A program made the translations under genes and the position numbers. This document shows, one piece after another, positions 8,020-16,793 of a stretch of 24,822 nucleotides of DNA (the first letter of the stretch is position 1; each line of letters opens with the position of its first letter). A model generated the notes under the pieces. The model had not been told where the DNA came from and made no database searches. It saw only the letters and a program-made list of their open reading frames with translations. The DNA comes from a virus (taxonomy: Duplodnaviria; Caudoviricetes). The DNA lies in IMG/VR virus record IMGVR_UViG_3300042922_000077, one strand, 5' to 3'.

Positions 8020-9581
8020 ACGAACGCGAATTATCCCTGATAAAGGTACTGGGTGAAGAATTTGGTCAGGTTCTCGCTGAAATTCGTGAGGGATTCAGCA
8101 GAAGCCTTCAGGCGCAAAGCGAGTCCTTTGAAAATAAGCTGAGCCAGCTTGCTGAAACCATCGCAGAAATAAAAGACAGTCCGTTGCCTGACTTTTCCGC
8201 CATGGTTGCAAGCGCTGTGGCGGAACTTTCCACACCTGAATTACCGCAGTTGCCAGACATTACCTCCATGGTCAGGGAAGCAGTCGCCGCTCTCCCGCCT
8301 CCCCAGGACGGCAAAAGCCTGACGCCAGACGACGTTCAGCCGATGCTGCAGGAGATGGTCGATAAAGCGTTCAGCACTATACCGACACCAAAAGACGGTA
8401 AAGACTATGATCCGGCGTTGCTGAAGCAGGCAGTGGATGAAGCGGTGAGTGATGCGTTCCGTTCTATACCTGTTCCGCAGGATGGCAAAAGCCTGACGCC
8501 AGACGACGTTCAGCCGATGCTGCAGGAGATGGTCGATAAAGCATTCAGTGCTATACCGACACCAAAAGACGGTAAAGATTATGATCCGGCGTTGCTGAAG
8601 CAGGCAGTTGATGAGGCGGTAAGTGATGCGTTCCTTTCTATCCCTGTTCCGCAGGACGGCAAAAGTCTGACGCCAGACGACGTTCAGCCGATGCTGCAGG
8701 AGATGGTCGATAAAGCGTTCAGTGCTATACCGACACCAAAAGACGGTAAAGATTATGATCCGGCGTTGCTGAAGCAGGCGGTGGATGAGGCGGTGAGTAA
8801 TGCGTTCCGTTCTATCCCTGTTCCGCAGGACGGCAAAAGTCTGACGCCAGACGACGTTCAGCCGATGCTCCAGGAGATGGTCGATAAAGCGTTCAGTGCT
8901 ATACCGACACCAAAAGACGGTAAAGATTATGATCCGGCGTTGCTGAAGCAGGCGGTGGATGAGGCGGTGAGTGATGCGTTCCGTTCTATACCTGTTCCGC
9001 AGGACGGAAAAAGCGTTACTGCCGAAGATGTGAAGCCGATTCTGGAGGAACTCGTTGCTGCGGCAATGCCGGTTTTACCTGATGTAAAAGCGCTCTTAGG
9101 CGAGGCTGTCGCTGCTATTCCTCCGGCAGAGCCCGGCAGGGATGGGGAAGATGGCCGCGACGCGCTGGCGCTCGAAATCCTACCATCCATTGACGAAGGG
9201 AAAAGTTACCCGCGCGGCTCTTATGCAACGCATAAAGGCGGCCTCTGGCGATCCTACGAGAAGACGCACGGCATGCGCGGCTGGGAATGTGTAGTTGATG
9301 GTGTGGCAGGCGTGGAAATTGAACGCTCCGATCAGCGTTGTTTCACCTTAACGGTTAACCGGACAAGCGGCAGCAGCGAAACCAAAACGTTTGACGTGCC
9401 GGTCATGATTTATAAGGGAGTGTTCAAATCCGGCCATGAGTACCGGCCTGGCGATACGGTAACGTGGGGCGGTTCGCTCTGGCACTGCGACGAACAGACA
9501 CAGGACAAGCCTGGCGAAACTGGCTCAAAAGGCTGGACGCTCGCGACCAAGCGCGGTCGGGACGGGAGGGATAAAACGTGA
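8016..9581 (+). CDS. Repeat-rich head/neck-associated protein (possible fibre or whisker) with C-terminal CBM5/12-like motifs
   Basis: N-terminal coiled coil, 58-aa tandem repeats, a short collagen-like PGRDGEDGRD, then YPRGSYATHKGGLW and YRPGDTVTWGGSLWHC. ATGA and GTGA overlaps couple it to the portal and connector genes. The function is inferred. Confidence 0.6.
   Translation: MNERELSLIKVLGEEFGQVLAEIREGFSRSLQAQSESFENKLSQLAETIAEIKDSPLPDFSAMVASAVAELSTPELPQLPDITSMVREAVAALPPPQDGKSLTPDDVQPMLQEMVDKAFSTIPTPKDGKDYDPALLKQAVDEAVSDAFRSIPVPQDGKSLTPDDVQPMLQEMVDKAFSAIPTPKDGKDYDPALLKQAVDEAVSDAFLSIPVPQDGKSLTPDDVQPMLQEMVDKAFSAIPTPKDGKDYDPALLKQAVDEAVSNAFRSIPVPQDGKSLTPDDVQPMLQEMVDKAFSAIPTPKDGKDYDPALLKQAVDEAVSDAFRSIPVPQDGKSVTAEDVKPILEELVAAAMPVLPDVKALLGEAVAAIPPAEPGRDGEDGRDALALEILPSIDEGKSYPRGSYATHKGGLWRSYEKTHGMRGWECVVDGVAGVEIERSDQRCFTLTVNRTSGSSETKTFDVPVMIYKGVFKSGHEYRPGDTVTWGGSLWHCDEQTQDKPGETGSKGWTLATKRGRDGRDKT
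8301..9013 (+). repeat. Four near-identical 174-bp in-frame tandem repeats plus the start of a fifth
   Basis: CAGGA(C/T)GG recurs at 8304, 8478, 8652, 8826 and 9000. The unit encodes PQDGKSLTPDDVQPMLQEMVDKAFS(T/A)IPTPKDGKDYDPALLKQAVDEAVS(D/N)AF(R/L)SIPV. Confidence 0.97.
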
Positions 9582-9910
9582 TTGAACTTGTCACTCTTGA
9601 ACAGGCGAAAGAGCACCTGCGCATTGACTCCGATGAGGACGCCGGCAATGCCGATCTGACCATGAAAATTCAGGCTGGCAGCGCTGCTATTCTCTCTTAC
9701 GTTCAGGGAAGCCGCGACCAAATCGTCAAACCCAGCGGAGATTTGATTGAAGGCGAACCTCTGCGTCGGACCCAGACGGCTCTGCTAATGCTGCTGGGCT
9801 GGCTGGACCGCAACCGGGGCGGAGAGGAGGAGGACAAACTTAAGCAGGGTGAACTTCCGTATTCCGTCACGATGCTTATCTACGATCTTCGACGGCCAAC
9901 TATCTTGTAG
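9578..9910 (+). CDS. Head-tail connector protein (HK97 gp6-like)
   Basis: VTLEQAKEHLRID...ALLMLLGWLDRNR...LPYSVTMLI..LR pattern. Confidence 0.9.
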   Translation: MIELVTLEQAKEHLRIDSDEDAGNADLTMKIQAGSAAILSYVQGSRDQIVKPSGDLIEGEPLRRTQTALLMLLGWLDRNRGGEEEDKLKQGELPYSVTMLIYDLRRPTIL

Positions 9911-9922
9911 CGAGGAGGCTCT

Positions 9923-10261
9923 GTGCAGGCAGGACGACTACGTGACCGAATCACTATCCTGAATTTCACTTCAAGCCGGGATTCTACTGGACAACCGATA
10001 GATAAATGGGAAGAAGGAAAAACTATCTGGGCTGAAGTGAAGGGCATCAGTGGTCGAGAACAAATTTCTTCTGGAGCAGAATCTGCACCAGCAACAGTAC
10101 GTATCTGGGTACGTTTCAGGCGGGATATAACCGCTTCATCGCGGCTTAAAGTGCTCAGTGGGGCGTACAAGGGGGCGGTTTTGAATGTTGTCGGCCCGTC
10201 TATTCCCGATAGCCGTTGCGTGCTGCTGGAAATCCTTTGCAAGCAGGGGGCCGAAAAATGA
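9923..10261 (+). CDS. Head closure / head-tail adaptor (SPP1 gp16-like)
   Basis: MQAGRLRDRITI...W..IWAEV..ISGRE...RIWVRFRRDIT..SRL; GGAGG RBS with GTG start. Confidence 0.9.
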   Translation: MQAGRLRDRITILNFTSSRDSTGQPIDKWEEGKTIWAEVKGISGREQISSGAESAPATVRIWVRFRRDITASSRLKVLSGAYKGAVLNVVGPSIPDSRCVLLEILCKQGAEK

Positions 10262-10707
10262 TTGAGACGAGCCTCGATTTTTCCGGATTGAATAATATCT
10301 CCAAAGATCTGGAGGCGCTTAGCCGTGCTGAAAATAACAAAGTTCTTCGTGATGCCACACGCGCCGGGGGCGAAGTGCTTAAGGAGGAGGTGATCGCACG
10401 TGCGCCTGAGCGGAGCGGGAAACTGAAGAAAAACGTGGTTGTCCTTACTCAGCGCTCACGGCGCCGCGGAGAAATATCTTCCGGCATTCATATTCGTGGT
10501 GTCAACCCGAGCACCGGCAACAGCGATAACACGATGAGTGCGAATAATCCCAGAAACGCCTTTTACTGGCGCTTCGTCGAAATGGGAACCGTTAACATGC
10601 CGCCGCATCCTTTCATTCGTCCCGCGTTTGATGTTCGCCAGGAGCAGGCAACGGAGGTCGCATTCAGACGCATGAACCAGGCCATTGATGAGGCACTAAG
10701 CAAATGA
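10258..10707 (+). CDS. HK97 gp10-family tail completion protein
   Basis: AP.RSGKLKKN and FYWRFVEMGTVNMPPHPFIRPAF. ATG10258 overlaps the upstream stop (ATGA), so it is preferred over 10216. Confidence 0.9.
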   Translation: MIETSLDFSGLNNISKDLEALSRAENNKVLRDATRAGGEVLKEEVIARAPERSGKLKKNVVVLTQRSRRRGEISSGIHIRGVNPSTGNSDNTMSANNPRNAFYWRFVEMGTVNMPPHPFIRPAFDVRQEQATEVAFRRMNQAIDEALSK

Positions 10708-11051
10708 CGGAAGATGATCTTTATCCCCTGCTGGCACCGCTGGCAGGAGGGCAGGTTTACCCCTACGTTGCGCCGCTCGGTAGTGACGGGAATCCTTCTG
10801 TATCGCCGCCGTGGGTAATTTTCTCGATCATCACTGTTCTGGCAGCTGACGTTCTTTGTGGTCAGGCTGAGTCTGCTGTTTCGGTTCAGGTTGATGTCTA
10901 TTCCCGCACCATCACCGAAGCACGCACGATCAGGAATATGGCGCTGGATGCCCTGCAGGTACTGAAACCAGAAAACATCGTTAAGACGCCAGCCTATGAG
11001 CCTGATCTGCACTATCACCGGGCCACGCTTGAATTTCGAGTAATCGTTTAG
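10704..11051 (+). CDS. Tail terminator protein (DUF3168-like)
   Basis: VYPYVAP, PWVIFS and VQVDVYS motifs; position just before the tail tube gene. Confidence 0.8.
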   Translation: MTEDDLYPLLAPLAGGQVYPYVAPLGSDGNPSVSPPWVIFSIITVLAADVLCGQAESAVSVQVDVYSRTITEARTIRNMALDALQVLKPENIVKTPAYEPDLHYHRATLEFRVIV

Positions 11052-11067
11052 GCTCGCTCACCATCAC

Positions 11068-11091
11068 AGACCGCTTCGGCGGTCTTTTTTT
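11068..11091 (+). terminator. Intrinsic terminator-like hairpin (UUCG loop)
   Basis: AGACCGC-TTCG-GCGGTCT followed by a T-run. Confidence 0.75.
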
Positions 11092-11104
11092 ATCTGGAGA
11101 AATC

Positions 11105-11575
11105 ATGAGCAGTAAATACGAAGTCACAAAGGGGATGACTGTTGCCGTCTCCGATGCGCCTGTAACAGCCGAGGATTTTACATCCTCCACTTTTCCGGGC
11201 GCCGGAATTACCTGGCTGGAAGCGGCCTGTGCGACGAAGGAAATCACCTTTACCGGCGGCCAGAAGGGTGACATTGACGTTACCACGCTGTGCTCAACTG
11301 AACAGGAGCAAACCAACGGCCTCGCCGCGCCTGCTGAAATGAGCATCACCCGTAACTGGGTTGGTGATGAAGCATCACAGGAGGCACTTCAGACCGCTTA
11401 CGAAAATGACGAACTGCGCGCGCTGCGCGTGGTGTTCCCGTCAGGCAACGGTTTTTATGTGCTGGTGGAGGTTCGTCAGAGCTCCTGGTCTGCGGCAACC
11501 TCTTCGGTTGTTGGTGCGACCTATTCGCTGCGCGTTCGTGGCAAGCCTAAGCGCATTTACGCATCTGGTTCCTGA
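11105..11575 (+). CDS. Major tail (tube) protein
   Basis: GGQKGDIDVTTLCS.EQE..NGL, LRVVFPSGNGF; 156 aa with no Ig-like extension; upstream of the tail chaperones. Confidence 0.9.
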   Translation: MSSKYEVTKGMTVAVSDAPVTAEDFTSSTFPGAGITWLEAACATKEITFTGGQKGDIDVTTLCSTEQEQTNGLAAPAEMSITRNWVGDEASQEALQTAYENDELRALRVVFPSGNGFYVLVEVRQSSWSAATSSVVGATYSLRVRGKPKRIYASGS

Positions 11576-11595
11576 GCGGCTTCGGCCGCTTTTTT
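11575..11595 (+). terminator. Intrinsic terminator-like hairpin (UUCG loop)
   Basis: AGCGGC-TTCG-GCCGCT followed by TTTTT. Confidence 0.75.
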
Positions 11596-11628
11596 ATCCC
11601 TCAGACCATGTAACAAGAGAAAAATGAA

Positions 11629-12030
11629 ATGGCGCAAAGAACATCACAGAATTCATTACGCAACGTGGCCCTTACTGCATCGAAAGCCTACCGCACTAAA
11701 GACGGTGTCACGGTCCCTGAATGGGATGGCGCAAAGGTTATGCTGCGCGAACCGTCCGGGGATGCCTGGGTGAAATTCAGGGAAATCGTTAATCCGCAAC
11801 TGGCCGAAGGGGAAGAAGCACCGAAGCTGACTGAGGCGGAGAAGTTCCTGCGTAACAAAGAGGCCGATGTCGTTCTCTTCATTGACGTTCTGCTGGATGA
11901 AAACGGCGCTCGCGTTTTCAGCGATGATGATCAGGAGCAGGTTTCTAAAATTTATGGCCCGGTCCACTCGCGCCTTCTGGCACAGGCTCTCAACCTCGGA
12001 ATGAGTCAGGAAGAAGCGGGAAAGCCGTAA
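11629..12030 (+). CDS. Tail assembly chaperone (lambda gpG analogue)
   Basis: Lies between tail tube and tape measure genes; VTVPEWDGAKV.LREPS; ends on a slippery heptamer. Confidence 0.88.
   Translation: MAQRTSQNSLRNVALTASKAYRTKDGVTVPEWDGAKVMLREPSGDAWVKFREIVNPQLAEGEEAPKLTEAEKFLRNKEADVVLFIDVLLDENGARVFSDDDQEQVSKIYGPVHSRLLAQALNLGMSQEEAGKP
12018..12024 (+). promoter_or_regulatory. Programmed -1 ribosomal frameshift site G GGA AAG
   Basis: Codons GCG GGA AAG CCG TAA. The -1 frame (GGG AAA GCC GTA AAG CAG...CTG ATG) is open into ORF 12054..12317. The heptamer is the same as in lambda G-T. Confidence 0.9.
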
Positions 12031-12317
12031 AGCAGCCGCTGACCTTCTTTCTGATGTCGTTGGCGCTCCGGCTGGGGCGCACCCTCCACGAACTACGCCA
12101 GACCATCACCGCCAGTGAGCTGAAGATGTGGATCGAGTTCGATCGCATCAGCCCCATTGGCGACTGGCGCGCCGATGCGCAGGCGGCGCAGATCTCCGTT
12201 GCAACCCTGAACTCTCAGGGTGGGAAATTCACTATCCCTGATGTGATGCTGAAATGGGGTGAGCAGGAAGAAGGCGCTGATGTCTCTGAACTTGAAGAAT
12301 GGATGTCCAGTCTTTGA
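12018..12317 (+). CDS. Tail assembly chaperone T portion, expressed as a G-T frameshift fusion
   Basis: FLMSLALRLGRTLHEL...SEL.MW..F...PIGD.R.D pattern; open in the -1 frame from the slippery site. Confidence 0.85.
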   Translation, partial: GKAVKQPLTFFLMSLALRLGRTLHELRQTITASELKMWIEFDRISPIGDWRADAQAAQISVATLNSQGGKFTIPDVMLKWGEQEEGADVSELEEWMSSL

Positions 12318-12318
12318 C

Positions 12319-12340
12319 GCCCGCGGCTGCGGGCTTTTTT
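12319..12340 (+). terminator. Intrinsic terminator-like hairpin
   Basis: GCCCGC-GGCT-GCGGGC followed by TTTTTT. Confidence 0.7.
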
Positions 12341-12351
12341 ATGGGTAAAAT

Positions 12352-15300
12352 ATGGCAACGCTGCGCGAGCTAATCATCAAAATTTCGGCGAACTCATCTT
12401 CTTTCCAGTCAGAGATCGCCAGAGCTTCCCGCATGGGAACGGATTATTACCGCACTATGGAGCAGGGCGGGAAAAAAGCTGCAGCTGCCACGCGTGAAAC
12501 TCAGCGATCTCTTGCAGAACTAAATTCCCAACTGGCATCAGTGCGTTCATCAGCAACAGAACTTGCCGGTGCCTGGGCGGGGGCATTTGCAACGAATCAA
12601 CTGATTGCTTATGCGGACACCTGGAACCAGCTTAACGGCCGCCTGCGCCTGGCATCCTCTTCCAGTGAAGATTACGCTCAATCTCAGCGCGTGCTCATGG
12701 AGATCAGCCAGCGCACCGGAACCTCTCTTGAAGCGAACAGTAACCTCTATAGCCGAATTGCCCAGTCCCTGCGTGATGCCGGGTATGCATCTGCTGACGT
12801 GGCCAAAGTGACAGAAACCGTCGCTACTTCGCTGAAACTCTCCGGTGCCAGTACGGAAGAGGCGAGTTCTGTTATCACTCAGCTGAGCCAGGCGCTGGGC
12901 TCCGGCGTTCTGAGGGGGGAAGAGTTTAACGCCATTATGGAGAGCGGCGGCCGCCTGGCGAAGCTGCTGGCTGATGGCCTGGGTACCACCGTTGGCGGCC
13001 TGCGCAATAAGGCAAATAATGGTGAGCTGACGACTGATAAAATCGTCCCGCTGCTGACCAACGTGGAGATACTGCGCAAAGAATTTGAAACCCTCCCAGC
13101 CTCTATCAGCGGATCTGCACAGAAAGTGCAGAACGCCTTTCTTGCCTGGGTAGGCGGTGCTAACGATGCCGTCGGCGCATCATCCACGCTTTCCGGTATT
13201 CTGGATGGCCTGGCGACGAACATTGACGATGTGGCCAATACCGCAGGGCTGCTGGTGGGCGTAGGTCTGGCCCGTTACTTTGGCAACATGGTCGGCAGCG
13301 TGGGCCAGTCTACGCGCGCGGTACTCGCCAACGCGGTCGCAGAAGTTGCACTGGCCCAGGCGCAGGTTCGCGGTGCTCAGGTCAGCGTAGCGGCTGGCCG
13401 CCAGGCGCTTTACCGGGCGCAACAGGCACGCGCAGCAGCAACCAGTATCGAGGCGCAGATCGTTGCAGAGCGGAATCTTGCCGCCGCCCAGGCTTCGCTT
13501 AATATCGCTCTTGCTGGCCGGGCTTCGGCTGTAAATAACCTCACTAACACGGCCTCGGTGATGTCCCGCCTGGGTAGCGGCGTACTGGGCATTCTCGGCG
13601 GGTGGCCGGGAGTGATTATTGGTGCCGGCGCCGCGATGTATGGCCTGTATCAGCACACCCAACAGGTTCACCGTGAGGCAGTCGGCTTTGCCAATAACCT
13701 TGACGAGATCAACGCAAAGCTACAGAAAATGTCGGTGCTTGGTCTTCGCTCAACTGCTGCCGACGCCCGTACATCATTACAGGCTCAAAAGCAGGATCTG
13801 GCCGATCTCGATTCACAGATCGCAAAGGTGAAAGACAGCCTCAGGGCGATGGACAAAATCCAGCAGGATTACAACCGAAACCCGACGATGACCCTGATCA
13901 ACACCTTTATGGATCAGGCTGACATCACGGCCAAAAACGTAGAGCTCACCGACAAGCTGAATCAGCTGGAGTACCAGCGCGAACAGACCGCCGCAAAGGT
14001 AGGGCAGACGCAGAAGCTGGTGAATGACGCCAGCGATCTGGCTACACAGAAAGCCATTGAGCAGGCAGGTGCAGTTTCTATTCTGAAAGGCGCATATGAC
14101 CTTCTTAATCGCTCGATGTCGGCGACAGCATCCGCTACGCCACCTCAGTATGCGGGACCGGTATTATCGACAGCAAAAGCCACCCCACAGCAGCAAACAG
14201 CACTGGATAAAGCACAGCGCGATGTGGTGCTGGCGGGTATGGATGGTCTTGCGAAGCAGCATCAGCAGTTTGTCTATGAAGCTGAAGATCTGAAGCTGAC
14301 GGGCGATCTGTATACCACCTATATCTACAGGAAAGACCAGGCTGCCAAAAAGGACGCCGCCGCAGCGCAGGCCAAGAAGGATGCTACTGCCGCGACTAAC
14401 GCACAAAATAAAGCCGAGCGCGAAGCGGCAAGTACGGCGGAGCAGTATTCCCGAAAAATGGCCGATCTGAGCGTGGCCATTGACGTGCAACGTGTGCGCG
14501 CAACAGAAGGTGAAAAAGCCTCAGAACTCTATGCCGCCTCGCATCAGGCCGGTACTAAATGGACCGACGAGCAGCGCCGCGCTATTCAGGCAGCGTCAGC
14601 CGAGCTGGCAAAGTGGAACCAGAAGGCAGACGAGAACGTTCGTAAACAGCGTGAACAGGCTGATGCTCTGCGTGACCTGACGGACGCGGCCAGGAAGTTC
14701 CGGGACGAGGTAACGCTCTCGACTGACACCGCAGGCATGAGTGATCGCCAGCGAAGCCGGTTCGATGAGACTCAGCAGATTGACCGCGTTTTTGCCAAAA
14801 CAGATGGTGGCACCGAAGCCATAGCCCAGCGAGCCGCTGCTCTTGATGCTCTCGACAAAAAATATAAGGCTATCGCCGCGGCGGAGTCTGACTGGATGTC
14901 CGGGGTATCGCGCGGATATGCCAACTGGTTCGACGAAATCAGCAACGTATCCGGCACCGTGGCAGATGGAGTTAAGACCGCCATCGACAGCGCTTTCAGT
15001 AACGTGACCTCAATGCTGGAAGGTAATAAAGTCAGCTGGAAAGCCTGGGGCGTTTCCGTCCTGCAGATCATCGAAAAGGTAGCTCTGCAGATGGCGGTGG
15101 TAAGCGCGATGGGCGGTGGTTCATCCAGCTCGGGCTTGTTTGGCTCTCTGGCTGGTGGCGTGGCTAGCTATTTCAGCGGTGGCGCCGGTGGCGGTTCGAC
15201 TCCCTCGGGCCTGTATGACTCTGCGGCTGCTGGCATCAAGTTCAATGCCTTGGGCGGCGTATACGATTCTCCATCACTAAGCGCCTTCAGTAACGGCGTC

Positions 15301-15630
15301 TACAATTCGCCACAATTCTTTGCATTCTCGCAGGGTGCTGGTGTATTTGCCGAGGCAGGGCCGGAAGCGATTATGCCCTTAACCAGAGCATCTGACGGTT
15401 CACTTGGTGTCAGGGCGGTGAGCTCAGGTGTTAATACCGCCTCTGCCAGCAATACCCAACTGATAATCCATGCACCTGTAAGTATTTCGCAGGAAGGCTT
15501 TGGCGGCGAGGTGAATAACGCAAATACAGCCAGCACCGCCAGACAGCTTGAAGGTATTGTGCAGAAGACCCTGACTGAGCGCCTGCGAAAAGAAATATCG
15601 CCAGGCGGTATCCTTTATCGCCGGACGTGA
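12352..15630 (+). CDS. Tail tape measure protein
   Basis: 1092 aa, Ala/Gln-rich and helical; QLSQALGSGVLRGEEFNAIME near the N terminus and lambda-type C-terminal EAGPEAIMPL. Confidence 0.95.
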   Translation: MATLRELIIKISANSSSFQSEIARASRMGTDYYRTMEQGGKKAAAATRETQRSLAELNSQLASVRSSATELAGAWAGAFATNQLIAYADTWNQLNGRLRLASSSSEDYAQSQRVLMEISQRTGTSLEANSNLYSRIAQSLRDAGYASADVAKVTETVATSLKLSGASTEEASSVITQLSQALGSGVLRGEEFNAIMESGGRLAKLLADGLGTTVGGLRNKANNGELTTDKIVPLLTNVEILRKEFETLPASISGSAQKVQNAFLAWVGGANDAVGASSTLSGILDGLATNIDDVANTAGLLVGVGLARYFGNMVGSVGQSTRAVLANAVAEVALAQAQVRGAQVSVAAGRQALYRAQQARAAATSIEAQIVAERNLAAAQASLNIALAGRASAVNNLTNTASVMSRLGSGVLGILGGWPGVIIGAGAAMYGLYQHTQQVHREAVGFANNLDEINAKLQKMSVLGLRSTAADARTSLQAQKQDLADLDSQIAKVKDSLRAMDKIQQDYNRNPTMTLINTFMDQADITAKNVELTDKLNQLEYQREQTAAKVGQTQKLVNDASDLATQKAIEQAGAVSILKGAYDLLNRSMSATASATPPQYAGPVLSTAKATPQQQTALDKAQRDVVLAGMDGLAKQHQQFVYEAEDLKLTGDLYTTYIYRKDQAAKKDAAAAQAKKDATAATNAQNKAEREAASTAEQYSRKMADLSVAIDVQRVRATEGEKASELYAASHQAGTKWTDEQRRAIQAASAELAKWNQKADENVRKQREQADALRDLTDAARKFRDEVTLSTDTAGMSDRQRSRFDETQQIDRVFAKTDGGTEAIAQRAAALDALDKKYKAIAAAESDWMSGVSRGYANWFDEISNVSGTVADGVKTAIDSAFSNVTSMLEGNKVSWKAWGVSVLQIIEKVALQMAVVSAMGGGSSSSGLFGSLAGGVASYFSGGAGGGSTPSGLYDSAAAGIKFNALGGVYDSPSLSAFSNGVYNSPQFFAFSQGAGVFAEAGPEAIMPLTRASDGSLGVRAVSSGVNTASASNTQLIIHAPVSISQEGFGGEVNNANTASTARQLEGIVQKTLTERLRKEISPGGILYRRT

Positions 15631-15655
15631 TATTCCGGTTCATTGCGGAAAACAT

Positions 15656-15997
15656 ATGGCAATCGATACGTTTACCTGGTGCGTTCGCACCGATGCAAGT
15701 GGCTCAACGAATGTGGCCACGCTGCAGGCACAGTTTGGGGATGGCTATAAACAGGTGGCCAGCGCCGGAATTAACACGGCTGCTGAAACCTGGAATTTAA
15801 CGTGTAGCGGGAAAGTGGCAGCAATGAAGCCGGTGCGGGAGTTTCTTCTTAGCCATGTCATCAAATCTTTCTGGTGGGTGAATCCATGGGGGGAAAGAAA
15901 ACTCTACCGGGTTAAGGCTGATTCTGTCAGTCCCACATTCCCGAACGGTGGTTTTGTTGAAATATCTTTTGTGTTTGAGCAGGCCTTCGCGCCGTAA
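15656..15997 (+). CDS. Distal tail protein (lambda gpM-like)
   Basis: TFTW...QFGDGYKQ...GIN...SFWW.NP.G...FEQAF. Confidence 0.92.
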   Translation: MAIDTFTWCVRTDASGSTNVATLQAQFGDGYKQVASAGINTAAETWNLTCSGKVAAMKPVREFLLSHVIKSFWWVNPWGERKLYRVKADSVSPTFPNGGFVEISFVFEQAFAP

Positions 15998-16019
15998 ATT
16001 CCCCGCTCCATTCGATAAC

Positions 16020-16042
16020 AGGCCGCTGATGCGGCCTTTTTT
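16020..16042 (+). terminator. Intrinsic terminator-like hairpin
   Basis: AGGCCGC-TGAT-GCGGCCT followed by TTTTT. Confidence 0.7.
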
Positions 16043-16053
16043 ATGGGCCTAAT

Positions 16054-16791
16054 ATGAGTTTTTCAGGTGACATCCAGCAACTGCAGCCGGGCCAGCTAAT
16101 ACGGCTAATTGAAATTGACGGTACCGCTTTCGGCATGGATACCGTGCTGCGCTTTCACGCGCACAACATTGACCCCAGAGGTTGGGCTGCGTTCGCTGCT
16201 GATAATCTTCCCGCCATCATCTGGCAGAGCCAGCAGTACGATCCATACCCGTACGAGCTAAAGGGCATGGAGTTATCCAGCACCGGCGCACAGCCGACGC
16301 CCACGCTATCCGTGTCGAATATCGGCAACTACGTCACTGCGCTGTGTCTGGAATACGACGACATGGTCAAAGCAAAGGTGAAAATACACACCACCCTGGC
16401 GAAATACCTCGATGCTGCAAACTGGGCAGCGGGAAACCCGAACGCCAGCCCGGCAGATGAGCGGGTGCAGCTGTTTTACGTCAACGCAAAGACCGCTGAA
16501 ACACGGATGCAGGTGGATTTCGAGCTGTGTTCACCCTTCGATGTTCAGAACCTGCAACTACCCACCCGGCAAATTACGCCTGTCTGCACCTGGTGCATGC
16601 GGGGCTGGTACCGAACCGGCAACGGCTGCGATTACGCCGGAAACCGTTATTTCCTGAAAGACGGCACACCAACGAACAATCCGGCGCTGGACGTCTGCAG
16701 TGGTCGGCTGCCTGACTGTGAGGCCAGGTTTGGGGAAGGCAATCCGTTATCGTTCGGCGGGTTCCCTGCGGCAAACCTCCAGGGGAAATAA
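16054..16791 (+). CDS. Minor tail protein L (Fe-S binding, lambda gpL-like)
   Basis: KYLDAAN, C-terminal cysteines (CTWC...GCDY...DVC...DC) and FGGFP. Confidence 0.93.
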   Translation: MSFSGDIQQLQPGQLIRLIEIDGTAFGMDTVLRFHAHNIDPRGWAAFAADNLPAIIWQSQQYDPYPYELKGMELSSTGAQPTPTLSVSNIGNYVTALCLEYDDMVKAKVKIHTTLAKYLDAANWAAGNPNASPADERVQLFYVNAKTAETRMQVDFELCSPFDVQNLQLPTRQITPVCTWCMRGWYRTGNGCDYAGNRYFLKDGTPTNNPALDVCSGRLPDCEARFGEGNPLSFGGFPAANLQGK

Positions 16792-16793
16792 GC

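Noticed and set aside
8301-9013. Tandem repeats as a CRISPR array or DGR template/variable repeat
   Set aside because: The units are contiguous 174-bp in-frame coding repeats without unique spacers. Differences are not adenine-specific, and no cas or reverse transcriptase gene is present.
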